A stretch of DNA of 64,000 bases, from contig BPGT01000006.1 of the NCBI GenBank assembly GCA_026003175.1, forward strand, positions 36,025-100,024, in the 5' to 3' direction. The position numbers and the translations under genes were made by a program. This DNA is from Armatimonadota bacterium. Its GTDB lineage: Bacteria > Armatimonadota > HRBIN16. A model generated the notes under the pieces. That model had not been told where the DNA came from. It ran no database searches and saw only the letters and a program-made list of their open reading frames with translations. Of the stretch, positions 15,843 to 24,217 are shown piece after piece (positions within the stretch are counted from its first letter, which is position 1; every line of letters begins with the position of its first letter).

Positions 15843-16910
15843 GTGAAAGCATTGGTGCTCCATGCGATAGGCGATTTACGTTACGAGGAGGTACCCCTTC
15901 CCGAACCCGGAGCGGATGAGGTGCTGGTGCGTGTAGCGTACTGTGGCGTATGCGGCTCTGACATCCCCCGTATCTTCTCCAAAGGCACATATCGTTTTCC
16001 ATTGATATGCGGTCATGAGTTGGCAGGTATCGTAGAACGGTGCGGTGAAGGTGTCACCGGTTTTGCGTCGGGTGACAGGGTAGCGGTGTTCCCGCTGATA
16101 TGGTGTGGACGGTGTGCCGCTTGCGAGCGAGGTCAGTACGCGCAATGCGAGTCGTACGACTACCTTGGCTCGCGGCGGGACGGGGCGTTCGCCGAGTATG
16201 TGGTGGCACCTGCTCGCAACCTGCTGCATCTGCCTGAGGGAGTAAGCCTGCAAGAAGCCGCCATGACCGAACCGGCGGCGGTGGCGTTACATGCGCTGCG
16301 TCGCGCCGGCGGGGGGTGCCAGCCGGGCGAAACGGTGGCGATATTCGGCGCGGGACCGATAGGGCTGATGGTGGCGCAGTGGGCGCGAGCGATGGGGGCG
16401 TCGCAGGTGGCGCTTTTTGACGTTGTGGAGGAGAAGCTCGCTCTGGCGAGGAGACTGGGCTTTGCACACGCTTACCATTCCTTACACGATGCACCCGAAA
16501 AGGTGGTTGTCTCTTTGACGCAAGGGCAGGGGGCGCATCTGTGTGTGGAAGCGGCGGGCGTGCCGTCCACGCTCCTGCAGGCTTGTACCTGCGCCAGAAG
16601 GGGAGGGCGGGTGGTGATACTGGGCAACCCCTCGGCGGATGTCACCTTCCCTGCCGGTCTGCTCTCGCAGCTGATGCGGCGCGAGGTGAACCTGTACGGC
16701 ACGTGGAACTCGCAATACGCGGTGTATAGCGAAGATGATGACTGGCACACCACCCTGCAGGCGATGGCGTCGGGGCAGTTACACCTGTTGCCTCTCGTTA
16801 CTCACCGCGTGCCGTTGAGCCGCGCCATCGATACCTTGCACGCCATACGCGATAGAAAGGGTTTCTTTTGTAAAGTGCTGATACATCCCGACGGACAGGA
16901 GGAAGACTGA
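15843..16910 (+). CDS. Zn-dependent medium-chain dehydrogenase (galactitol-1-phosphate/sorbitol dehydrogenase-like)
   Basis: Motifs CGVCGSD, GHELAG, the structural Zn Cys cluster CGRCAACERGQYAQC, and GAGPIG Rossmann. Confidence 0.75.
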   Translation: MKALVLHAIGDLRYEEVPLPEPGADEVLVRVAYCGVCGSDIPRIFSKGTYRFPLICGHELAGIVERCGEGVTGFASGDRVAVFPLIWCGRCAACERGQYAQCESYDYLGSRRDGAFAEYVVAPARNLLHLPEGVSLQEAAMTEPAAVALHALRRAGGGCQPGETVAIFGAGPIGLMVAQWARAMGASQVALFDVVEEKLALARRLGFAHAYHSLHDAPEKVVVSLTQGQGAHLCVEAAGVPSTLLQACTCARRGGRVVILGNPSADVTFPAGLLSQLMRREVNLYGTWNSQYAVYSEDDDWHTTLQAMASGQLHLLPLVTHRVPLSRAIDTLHAIRDRKGFFCKVLIHPDGQEED

Positions 16911-17956
16911 TGCTGGCAGCCGTTCTGGAAGAGCTGGACAAACTGGTGCTCAAGGAAGTGCCCGAGCCGGAGATAGACGACGATTCCGCGTTGCTGCGGG
17001 TGGAGTCGGTGAGCATCTGCGGCTCGGATGTGCGCATCCTGCATCACGGCAACCCGCGTGTGAAGCCTCCAGCGATTATCGGGCACGAGACGGCAGGCGT
17101 GGTGGTGAAAGTGGGCAAAAATGTCACGCGCGTGAAGGAGGGCGACCGCGTGGCGATTGGCGCGGACGTACCGTGCGGACAGTGTCGATGGTGTCGTAAC
17201 GGTTTGGGCAACAACTGCCCGATCAATTACGCGGTAGGCTACCAGATACCCGGCGCGTTCGCGCAGTACATGAAACTGCCCAAACTGCTGCTGGACGAGG
17301 GACCCGTCACGCCCATCCCCGCCGACATGGACTACGATACCGCCGCGCTGGCGGAACCGCTGGCATGCGCGATCAACGGCATGGAGCTGGTGAACATGGG
17401 GCTGGGCAAGAGCGTGGTTATTATCGGCTTGGGGCCGATTGGCTGTATGTTGATTGACCTCGCTCGTGTGATGGGCGCGACCAGAATCATCGCCGTGCAG
17501 CGCAGTAAGGCGAGGCTGGATCTGGCTCGTTTCTATGGGGCAGATGTGTACATCAGCGCGGAAGAGGAGGATGTGGTGGCGCGTTGCCGCGAGGAAACCG
17601 GCGGTGAGGGACCGGACATCGTCATTACCGCCAGCGCGTCGGTGGAGGCACATGAGCAGGCGATAGAGATGGTGGCGCATCGGGGATACGTCAACCTGTT
17701 CGGTGGCTTGCCGAAGGGCACTCGTCCGATGAGCGTGTACTCCAACACCATTCATTACAAGGAATGCTTCGTGACAGGTTCACACGGCTCAGTGCCCAGG
17801 CACCACGAGCTGGCAGTGCAGTTATTAGCGCAGGGGAAGGTACGTGTGGCTCCGCTCATCACCCACCGCTTTCCGCTTTCGCAGATCCACCGCGCCTTCG
17901 AAGTGATGCAGAATCGCGAGGGGATGAAGGTGATGCTACATCCACAGGAGGCGTGA
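16910..17956 (+). CDS. Zn-dependent medium-chain dehydrogenase (threonine/sorbitol dehydrogenase-like)
   Basis: Motifs ICGSDV, GHETAG, CGQCRWCRNGLGNNC and GLGPIG. TGATG junction with the previous gene. Confidence 0.75.
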   Translation: MLAAVLEELDKLVLKEVPEPEIDDDSALLRVESVSICGSDVRILHHGNPRVKPPAIIGHETAGVVVKVGKNVTRVKEGDRVAIGADVPCGQCRWCRNGLGNNCPINYAVGYQIPGAFAQYMKLPKLLLDEGPVTPIPADMDYDTAALAEPLACAINGMELVNMGLGKSVVIIGLGPIGCMLIDLARVMGATRIIAVQRSKARLDLARFYGADVYISAEEEDVVARCREETGGEGPDIVITASASVEAHEQAIEMVAHRGYVNLFGGLPKGTRPMSVYSNTIHYKECFVTGSHGSVPRHHELAVQLLAQGKVRVAPLITHRFPLSQIHRAFEVMQNREGMKVMLHPQEA

Positions 17957-18041
17957 TGCGGTTCCTCATTTGCCCATTGGAGATGATATTCCCCGAGGGC
18001 GGCAAGTATGGTATGCTATAGCGGAAGGAGGAAGATGTTCT

Positions 18042-18266
18042 ATGGAGCAAACTCTGGAGGAGCGCATTAGACAACTACCTGCCGATCTGCAACAGGAGGT
18101 TTCCGATTTCATCGACTTCTTGCTAGAGCGACGGCGACGGCAGAAACACCCTCCTACCTTTTCATGGGCAGGTGCTTTAAAGGACATGCGTGATCAATAT
18201 ACCTCGGTAGACCTGCAGCACGAGGCTGCAGAGTGGAGAGCGCAAACCGATGAGATTGCTCATTGA
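18042..18266 (+). CDS. DUF2281-like antitoxin (VapB-type partner)
   Basis: The N-terminus is MEQTLEERIRQLPADLQQEVSDFIDFLLERRRR. ATG 18042 lies behind GGAAGGAGG. It overlaps the PIN gene by 17 nt. Confidence 0.6.
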   Translation: MEQTLEERIRQLPADLQQEVSDFIDFLLERRRRQKHPPTFSWAGALKDMRDQYTSVDLQHEAAEWRAQTDEIAH

Positions 18267-18552
18267 TACTAATGTGTTTCTGGAGGTGTTCCTGAATCAG
18301 GAGCAAGCTGAAGCCGCTCGCTCTCTTCTGTCTATGGTTGGAGAGCACGATATGTTCCTTGTGCTGAGCCTTCCTGTTAACGAGGTGGAACGAGTCGCAC
18401 GAGCCACTGAGCGATTCCGTCTGGATTTTGACGATGCTTACCAGTATGCAGTTGCCGAAGTGCATGACCTGACCATTATCAGCTTGGACAGCGACTTCGA
18501 CAGGACAATACGTGGCAGGATGGTACCTGCGCAATTGCTACAAAGAGGTTGA
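18250..18552 (+). CDS. compact PIN-domain toxin (VapC)
   Basis: Motifs LIDTNVFLE, DDAYQYAVA and ISLDSDFDR. At 100 aa it is short for a PIN domain. Confidence 0.6.
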   Translation: MRLLIDTNVFLEVFLNQEQAEAARSLLSMVGEHDMFLVLSLPVNEVERVARATERFRLDFDDAYQYAVAEVHDLTIISLDSDFDRTIRGRMVPAQLLQRG

Positions 18553-18639
18553 CCGTCCACTTACTCCACTCCCTTTCTGCACAGACAGGAGGAAAAGCCC
18601 CTCCCCCACAGGGAGAGGGGCAAGAGGTTTGCTGCTGTA

Positions 18640-19461
18640 TTACTGCGGAGCCCTGTCCGGCGGCCAGCCGGTAGCGGGGATAGTCGTCCACTTGCGACCG
18701 TAGTTAATCAGCTTGGCATGCCCATCAAAGAAGGTGGCATTATAGCCCTGCGAGTGGTTGAAGATGGTACGCCTGTTCGGGTCGGAAGCATCTGCGCCAT
18801 CCCAGCCGAACGCACCGCGCTCAGTGAACAGGATACGCTCCGAGATGTATTCGGATTTTTCATCCGGCGGCATGTCGTTCAGGTTCTTGTAAGTGCCATC
18901 AGGGTACTTCACGCAGGGGAACGGACCGGGATAGCCTGCGCTGCTGCCCGGGCACCAGGTGTTGTACACCCAGTTGGGGAACCATTGATAGGACTGCATC
19001 CCCGTCTGCATGTTCGCCGGGGATGGGTCGCGGTATCTGTCCGAAGGGCAGTACCAGATGCTCTTGTTCTTCTGGTAGGGACCCAGCTGCACCGTCATCA
19101 GCGTGCGGTAGAACTCGCTACCGTAGGCACAGCCTGAATAGTTTGGACCCCCGTCACCCGGGTTGAATCCTGCCCACCAGCCGCCGCAGTCTTCCCACCC
19201 TTCGTTCCCGTCGAAGTTGTTCACATCTGGGTTAACTTCCCAGTTGCGAGCTCCGGGGTAGGTGCCCATCGGGAACTTCTCATCGTAGTCCTGCGAGTAC
19301 ATGCGCACCGATAGACCTATCTGCTTGAAGTTGGAGAGACACGAGGTCTGCCGTGCTTTTTCCCGTGCCTGAGCGAACACCGGGAACAGAATAGCCGCCA
19401 GTATCGCGATAATCGCGATGACCACCAGCAGCTCGATCAGAGTAAAAGCTTGTCGCTTCAT
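18640..19461 (-). CDS. prepilin-type N-terminal cleavage/methylation domain protein, DUF1559 (H-X9-DG) family
   Basis: The N-terminus [39 protein letters not shown] and the C-terminal FFDGHAK motif are present. Confidence 0.85.
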   Translation of the reverse strand: MKRQAFTLIELLVVIAIIAILAAILFPVFAQAREKARQTSCLSNFKQIGLSVRMYSQDYDEKFPMGTYPGARNWEVNPDVNNFDGNEGWEDCGGWWAGFNPGDGGPNYSGCAYGSEFYRTLMTVQLGPYQKNKSIWYCPSDRYRDPSPANMQTGMQSYQWFPNWVYNTWCPGSSAGYPGPFPCVKYPDGTYKNLNDMPPDEKSEYISERILFTERGAFGWDGADASDPNRRTIFNHSQGYNATFFDGHAKLINYGRKWTTIPATGWPPDRAPQ

Positions 19462-19506
19462 GATGTGAACCCTCCTTTGTGATGTGTTTTTTTGTTTTTT
19501 GGGTGT

Positions 19507-19749
19507 TTAGCGTCCAGCGGGAGCTGGAGCAGGCATTGCTGGCGTGCCACCAGCAGGAGCACCACCGGGGGTCATTCCTCCCATCCTGCGCTGGAACTCT
19601 GCCTGTACATCTGGCGGCATAGGCGGTGGCGTTGCTCCCTTGCCGCCTGCCGTACGTCCCTCGGTCATCCACCAATAGACGCCTCCGATAACCAACAGTA
19701 CAACAACGATGACCACGACCGCGAGTGCAGGGGACACTTCACGCTTCAT
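19507..19749 (-). CDS. small single-pass membrane protein, Pro/Gly-rich tail
   Basis: ATG 19749 lies behind GGAGGGAGG. TM helix PALAVVVIVVVLLVIGGVYWW. It overlaps the regulator stop by 11 nt. Confidence 0.5.
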   Translation of the reverse strand: MKREVSPALAVVVIVVVLLVIGGVYWWMTEGRTAGGKGATPPPMPPDVQAEFQRRMGGMTPGGAPAGGTPAMPAPAPAGR

Positions 19750-20878
19750 ACTCCGAACCTCCCTCCTTGGGATGAATTCGCCGCAGCGTGCGCGGCTCAC
19801 GCCACAAAACGGGTACCGACAGGATATACGTGCGCGGTGTGGATTGCCTGCCGCTCAGCCATTCGTCCAGCACCTCCACTGCGATTTCGCCCAGGCGGGC
19901 GAAGTCGGGTTGCGAGGTCGGAAAAGCGGGCTGGAAGAAGTGAGTGGTCTCCAGGTCGTCGAAACCGACCACACGTATCTCCTCCGGCACGGCGACACCC
20001 AGCTTCTGCAGTGCGCGGATAATGGAAACGGCGGTGTGGTCTTCCCAGGCGATGAGAGCGTCCGGCACAGGAGAAAGCTGCAGCAGTTGATGGGCGACCT
20101 CCTCGCCGTCGATGTCCTCTTCCCGCCGTTCCAGTGGCGTCCACTGCAGATAGCTTTGCGGGACGGGCACGCCGGCATCTTGCATCGCTGTCAGCCAGCC
20201 TTCACGCCGTTCGTGAATGGAACGGTGCAGACAGTCCGGGTTCAACGGCAGGAAAGCGATACGCCGGTGTCCGTGTGCCAGCAGAGCCTGCGTCATCTCG
20301 TAGCCCAGCCGAAAGTTGTCAAACAACACCATGGGGCGTTCCCACACCTCGTAGCCGATGTCAAAGATGACAATCGGCACGTCACGCCAGCGGTGGCGCA
20401 GGTAATCGGTGGGTAACTGGTGCCGCCAGCGTGTCACCGGATAGAGGACGATGCCCTGTGCTCCCGCCTGCAGGTGTTGTTCCACCAGCTCTTCCTCGTG
20501 CCGGACATCGTCCTCGGAGCTTGCCATCAGCAGCTGGTAGCCTCGCTGACGTGCGCGGCGTTCGATGCCGTAGTATGCCCGCAGCACCAGTGAGGCGTGG
20601 GCGCGTGGCGCGATGAAGCTCAGCAGACGTGTGCGCGTGCTTGCCAGAGGCACCGAGCGCAAGTAGATTCCACTGCCCTGCCGCGATTCAATCAGCCCCT
20701 CCGCTGCCAGTAGCGTCAGTGCCTTCGCCACCGTAGGGCGACTGACCCCCAGCATCTTGCGCAGCTGGTGCTGTGTAGGCAGCTTATCACCCGGGCGCAC
20801 GTCGGGACGGCTAATCCACTCCGCCTTGATGCGCTCCGCCAGCAGCACGTATGTCGGCAACCGTTTGGACGCACTCAT
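19739..20878 (-). CDS. GntR-type HTH fused to LacI/PBP-type sugar-binding domain (transcriptional regulator)
   Basis: The HTH LPTQHQLRKMLGVSRPTVAKALTLLAAEGLIESRQGSGIYL is followed by a periplasmic-binding-protein-like core (GIVLYP.., VVGFDD). ATG 20878 is preferred. Confidence 0.75.
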   Translation of the reverse strand: MSASKRLPTYVLLAERIKAEWISRPDVRPGDKLPTQHQLRKMLGVSRPTVAKALTLLAAEGLIESRQGSGIYLRSVPLASTRTRLLSFIAPRAHASLVLRAYYGIERRARQRGYQLLMASSEDDVRHEEELVEQHLQAGAQGIVLYPVTRWRHQLPTDYLRHRWRDVPIVIFDIGYEVWERPMVLFDNFRLGYEMTQALLAHGHRRIAFLPLNPDCLHRSIHERREGWLTAMQDAGVPVPQSYLQWTPLERREEDIDGEEVAHQLLQLSPVPDALIAWEDHTAVSIIRALQKLGVAVPEEIRVVGFDDLETTHFFQPAFPTSQPDFARLGEIAVEVLDEWLSGRQSTPRTYILSVPVLWREPRTLRRIHPKEGGSEYEA

Positions 20879-20959
20879 AGTGTTTTCATTATAGAACCTC
20901 CTTCCAAATTTGTCAAGCAAATTTTGAGGTTGATAATCTGATTTTTTGAAGAAGCCCCC

Positions 20960-20988
20960 TTGACGAACTCGCCATCTTGTGGTAGATT
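20960..20988 (+). promoter_or_regulatory. sigma70-type promoter of tRNA-Thr
   Basis: TTGACG (20960-20965), 17 nt, TAGATT (20983-20988), with an extended -10 TG at 20980-20981. The tRNA starts 10 nt downstream. Confidence 0.6.
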
Positions 20989-20997
20989 CCCTAGCGA

Positions 20998-21073
20998 GCC
21001 GACGTAGCTCAACAGGCAGAGCAGCGGTCTTGTAAACCGCAGGTTAGGGGTTCGAGTCCCCTCGTCGGCTCCA
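20998..21073 (+). tRNA. tRNA-Thr (anticodon UGU), CCA encoded
   Basis: Hand-folded cloverleaf: acceptor GCCGACG/CGTCGGC, anticodon stem GCGGT/ACCGC with loop CTTGTAA, and T arm AGGGG-TTCGAGT-CCCCT. Confidence 0.9.
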
Positions 21074-21335
21074 GCACACTGCAACTTGTAGTAACCCCCA
21101 ACACGGCGACGGATGCCTGCTGCCAGGATTGGATGATATTGTGAGAGCAGAGCAGTTGCCTTAAAGAGTGTGGGGACGTCCTGCTTTCGGCACATTTCTG
21201 TGGTGAGATTTGACATCTTCTGCCCTCCGTGCTAAGATAAGGGTGTCTGCTTGCTGGCGTACGGCAGATGGAGCAACTAAGGACGCAACCAAACCCAATC
21301 CCCTGGCTCCGGTGGAGCGATAGAAGGAGCATGCA

Positions 21336-23090
21336 GTGACAACAGGCACCCTTGTGGGCAAGTATCGCATCCTTCGCGAAATCGGCGGGGGCGGGATGGC
21401 ACGGGTGTTTGAAGCGGAGGACCAGAGCATCGGCAGGAAGGTGGCGCTAAAGGTGCTTGTGGTGCCCCCTGCTGTGTCCGAATCCGAGAAGTCCCTCCTC
21501 ATCGAGCGATTCCAGCAAGAAGCACGCTCCGCAGGTACGCTCTCCCATTCTAACGTGGTCACCCTGTACGAGATAGGAGAGGCAGCCGAGGTGCACTACA
21601 TCGCCATGGAACTGCTAACCGGTAAGACCGTGCGCCAGCTGCTGCATGAGAAGGGTAAGATACCTGTGGACCAGGCGCTGAACATTCTCTTGCAGGTGGC
21701 TCGCGCTCTGGATTACGCGCACAAGCAGGGTGTGGTTCATCGCGACGTGAAGCCGGACAACATTGTGGTTACCGAGGAGGGGCTGGTCAAGCTCACCGAC
21801 TTCGGCATCGCCCGGGCGGCGAACGACCTGCTGCGCACACAGAGGGGAATGCTTATGGGATCGCCAGCATACATGTCGCCGGAGCAGATACTTGGCGAGA
21901 CGGTAGACCATCGTACCGACATCTTCTCGCTAGGAGTCACTGCTTACGAGATGCTTACCGGACGCAAACCGTTTGACGCTCCTGCTGTTACCGCGGTGAT
22001 GCATCGCATCGTGTACGACGAGCCGGACCCTGCACCTGAGTTGCCCTCCATCGCCCAGCTTGTCCTGCGCCAGGCTCTGGCAAAGAAACCTGACGAACGA
22101 CCGCCGTCTGCAGTAGCGATGATAGAGGAACTCACCTCGGCATACTACGGCGCAGCGATAGTATCGCCAGAAGCGCGATTGACAGCACCATCCCCTTCCC
22201 CGTATCGCGACAAGGAGAGATTACCTATGAGCCAGCTTGCATCCTCATCCCGTTCCAATCGCTCTCTGTGGTGGATTGGAGCCGTCGTTCTGGTATTAGC
22301 TGTTGCAGCGGTGTTGGTGTGGCGAACGATGTCCTCCAGCGGTGAACAGTTCGGTGTGCGCATCGTCGATGTCGGCGAAGCTCCCGCCGCAACACCTACC
22401 GTCGCTACCAACTTTGTACTGAACGATTTCGAGTTGACGCCGGGTTCATGGCAGGCGGAAAGCGAGGGGCTGAAACTGGAGAGAGTTCGTGGCGGTGCGA
22501 GCCAGGCGGCGTACTGGTTGAAAGTCAGCGGGGTTCAGCTGGCGCCGGGTGGGCACGCGGCTGTCTTCTGCCTGCCTGAGACGCGCAATTGGTCGCGATT
22601 TGGCGGTATCATCTCGCTGGATGTGCTGGTGCCCGGAACTGCCCCACCCGACCTGCGCGCAACGATAGAGGTGGAGGACTCCACCGGCGGCTTGCAGGCA
22701 ATGCCAGGCGAGGGAGTGGTCCTTACGCCCGGTAGATGGGCAGCTCTCACGTGGAACGCAGGCTCCGCGGCGCGCGATGTGGCACGATTGCGGGTCAAAC
22801 TGGTATGCGGACAGACGCCATACCGGGGCTACTTCGGCATCGATCACGTGCGAGCACAGGGAGCCTCGACGAGCCCTGCTACGCTGCGCTACAAGGTGCG
22901 CGTCGGACCCTTTACCGATACTGCCTCGCTGGAGCGGGAAACCGCACGCCTGAAATCGCTGGGCAAATCGCCGTTCCCGGTGCGCGAGGGTGACAAGCGG
23001 TATCTGCAGGTAGGAGCCTTCACCACGCTGGATTCCGCCCGGCGCGAGCTGGACGCTCTGGTAGCGCAGGGATATAGGGAGATTCGCTAG
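21336..23090 (+). CDS. Hanks-type Ser/Thr protein kinase, single TM, C-terminal SPOR domain
   Basis: Motifs GGGGMARVF, VALK, HRDVKPDN, DFGIA and GSPAYMSPE. The TM helix is LWWIGAVVLVLAVAAVLVW. The C-terminal YKVRVGPFTD..YLQVGAFTT is SPOR-like. GTG start behind AAGGAG. Confidence 0.85.
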   Translation: MTTGTLVGKYRILREIGGGGMARVFEAEDQSIGRKVALKVLVVPPAVSESEKSLLIERFQQEARSAGTLSHSNVVTLYEIGEAAEVHYIAMELLTGKTVRQLLHEKGKIPVDQALNILLQVARALDYAHKQGVVHRDVKPDNIVVTEEGLVKLTDFGIARAANDLLRTQRGMLMGSPAYMSPEQILGETVDHRTDIFSLGVTAYEMLTGRKPFDAPAVTAVMHRIVYDEPDPAPELPSIAQLVLRQALAKKPDERPPSAVAMIEELTSAYYGAAIVSPEARLTAPSPSPYRDKERLPMSQLASSSRSNRSLWWIGAVVLVLAVAAVLVWRTMSSSGEQFGVRIVDVGEAPAATPTVATNFVLNDFELTPGSWQAESEGLKLERVRGGASQAAYWLKVSGVQLAPGGHAAVFCLPETRNWSRFGGIISLDVLVPGTAPPDLRATIEVEDSTGGLQAMPGEGVVLTPGRWAALTWNAGSAARDVARLRVKLVCGQTPYRGYFGIDHVRAQGASTSPATLRYKVRVGPFTDTASLERETARLKSLGKSPFPVREGDKRYLQVGAFTTLDSARRELDALVAQGYREIR

Positions 23091-23240
23091 TAGTTTGTCA
23101 ATCGTCAATCTTGTCAATGCCGATAGATCAGCAGGAGCCTCGCTCTACACATGGGATAGTACAAATCACGCTTGACAGACTACTAGCAGAACAATTGCGG
23201 GCAACGAGACCGACAAATTTGTTCTTCGCACTTGTCAAAT

Positions 23241-23269
23241 TTGAAACATCAGAGGATAGGGGGTATCTA
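23241..23269 (+). promoter_or_regulatory. possible sigma70-type promoter for the anti-sigma/OMP pair
   Basis: TTGAAA (23241-23246), 17 nt, TATCTA (23264-23269), inside an unusually AT-rich 240-nt spacer. Confidence 0.3.
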
Positions 23270-23329
23270 AATAGATGGAAAAATTACGAGACCTCATGTC
23301 TACTGTCGAGCAGGGAGAAGGTGGCGATA

Positions 23330-24217
23330 ATGAAAGTATGCGTAGAGTGGTGGACAGCGCTATCGGCATATGTGGACGATTCTTTACCGCCAGATGAGCG
23401 CGAGCGCGTAGAGAGCCATCTCGATGGGTGTGCATCCTGTCAGCAAACGCTGATAGAACTACAGTCGTTACGTCAGAGTGTGAAGCTCCTGCCTCATTAC
23501 GACCCGCCTCCAATGTTGAAGGCGCGGATACTGTCTGCAACCGTAGACCAGCCCACCTGGGGCGAGAAGATCATAATGAACTGGAGGAAGGTGGTCTGGC
23601 GTGCGTCGCTGGCAGCGGCGACGGCGATGCTGGTGTTGCTCGCCTGGCAATTTACCCCCAGGCAGGTGCCGCAAGCGGTAAATACCTTCGTCTCCAGCAT
23701 TAGGGAGGAGCAGATTACTGCCAAACCACGACAGGTAAGGAAGTCTCAACCTCCTCCCGCGATGAACGCCGTCGTGGCATCCAGCAAAACTCCTCAGACA
23801 GCACAACGTCGGACAACGCAACGCTACCGTGCCCCTGACGTATCCAACCGCCCTGCGATCGCCAAGAAGGAAGCGAAGTGGACTACCGTGGCACGGACCC
23901 CGATTGTTCCAGAGCTTGCTCCTGCCGATGCGCTGCAGGGCGAACCGGTGATTGAAGAAGACGTGCCCCGCATCGACGTCACCAGCCCGCCCGCAGGCAC
24001 CGATGAGCAGGTTGCTACTGAACCCGGCGAGGGAGAAAGCAAGACCGTCGCCAAGCGCTTCACCATTCCCGCCGAGGTGTTGAATCATGGCACCAGTGGA
24101 CTGGAGGCTCTGCGCGAGCAGATTCGCATCCACAATCAGGAACAATGGAGTGGACAGATAAAGCGCAAGCTGCAGCGTAAACAGGTGGATGTAGACGTTA
24201 TCACCGTGCGATTCTGA
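23330..24217 (+). CDS. zf-HC2 anti-sigma-factor-like membrane protein
   Basis: It carries H-x3-C-x2-C (ESHLDGCASCQQ) and one TM helix (SLAAATAMLVLLAWQF), followed by a Pro/charged extracytoplasmic tail. ATG 23330 is preferred over 23111. Confidence 0.65.
   Translation: MKVCVEWWTALSAYVDDSLPPDERERVESHLDGCASCQQTLIELQSLRQSVKLLPHYDPPPMLKARILSATVDQPTWGEKIIMNWRKVVWRASLAAATAMLVLLAWQFTPRQVPQAVNTFVSSIREEQITAKPRQVRKSQPPPAMNAVVASSKTPQTAQRRTTQRYRAPDVSNRPAIAKKEAKWTTVARTPIVPELAPADALQGEPVIEEDVPRIDVTSPPAGTDEQVATEPGEGESKTVAKRFTIPAEVLNHGTSGLEALREQIRIHNQEQWSGQIKRKLQRKQVDVDVITVRF

Noticed and set aside
20998-21335. tRNA-Thr as an integration site for a genomic island
   Set aside because: No integrase, no direct repeat of the tRNA 3' end, and no foreign-looking genes follow within the next kb. 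The next gene is a chromosomal-type kinase.
23111-23329. Upstream 73 codons of ORF 23111..24217 as part of the anti-sigma protein, or a missing ECF sigma gene
   Set aside because: The region is AT-rich and the peptide has no sigma-70 region 2/4 motifs. The zf-HC2 domain normally sits at the extreme N-terminus, which fits ATG 23330 behind GGGAGAAGG.
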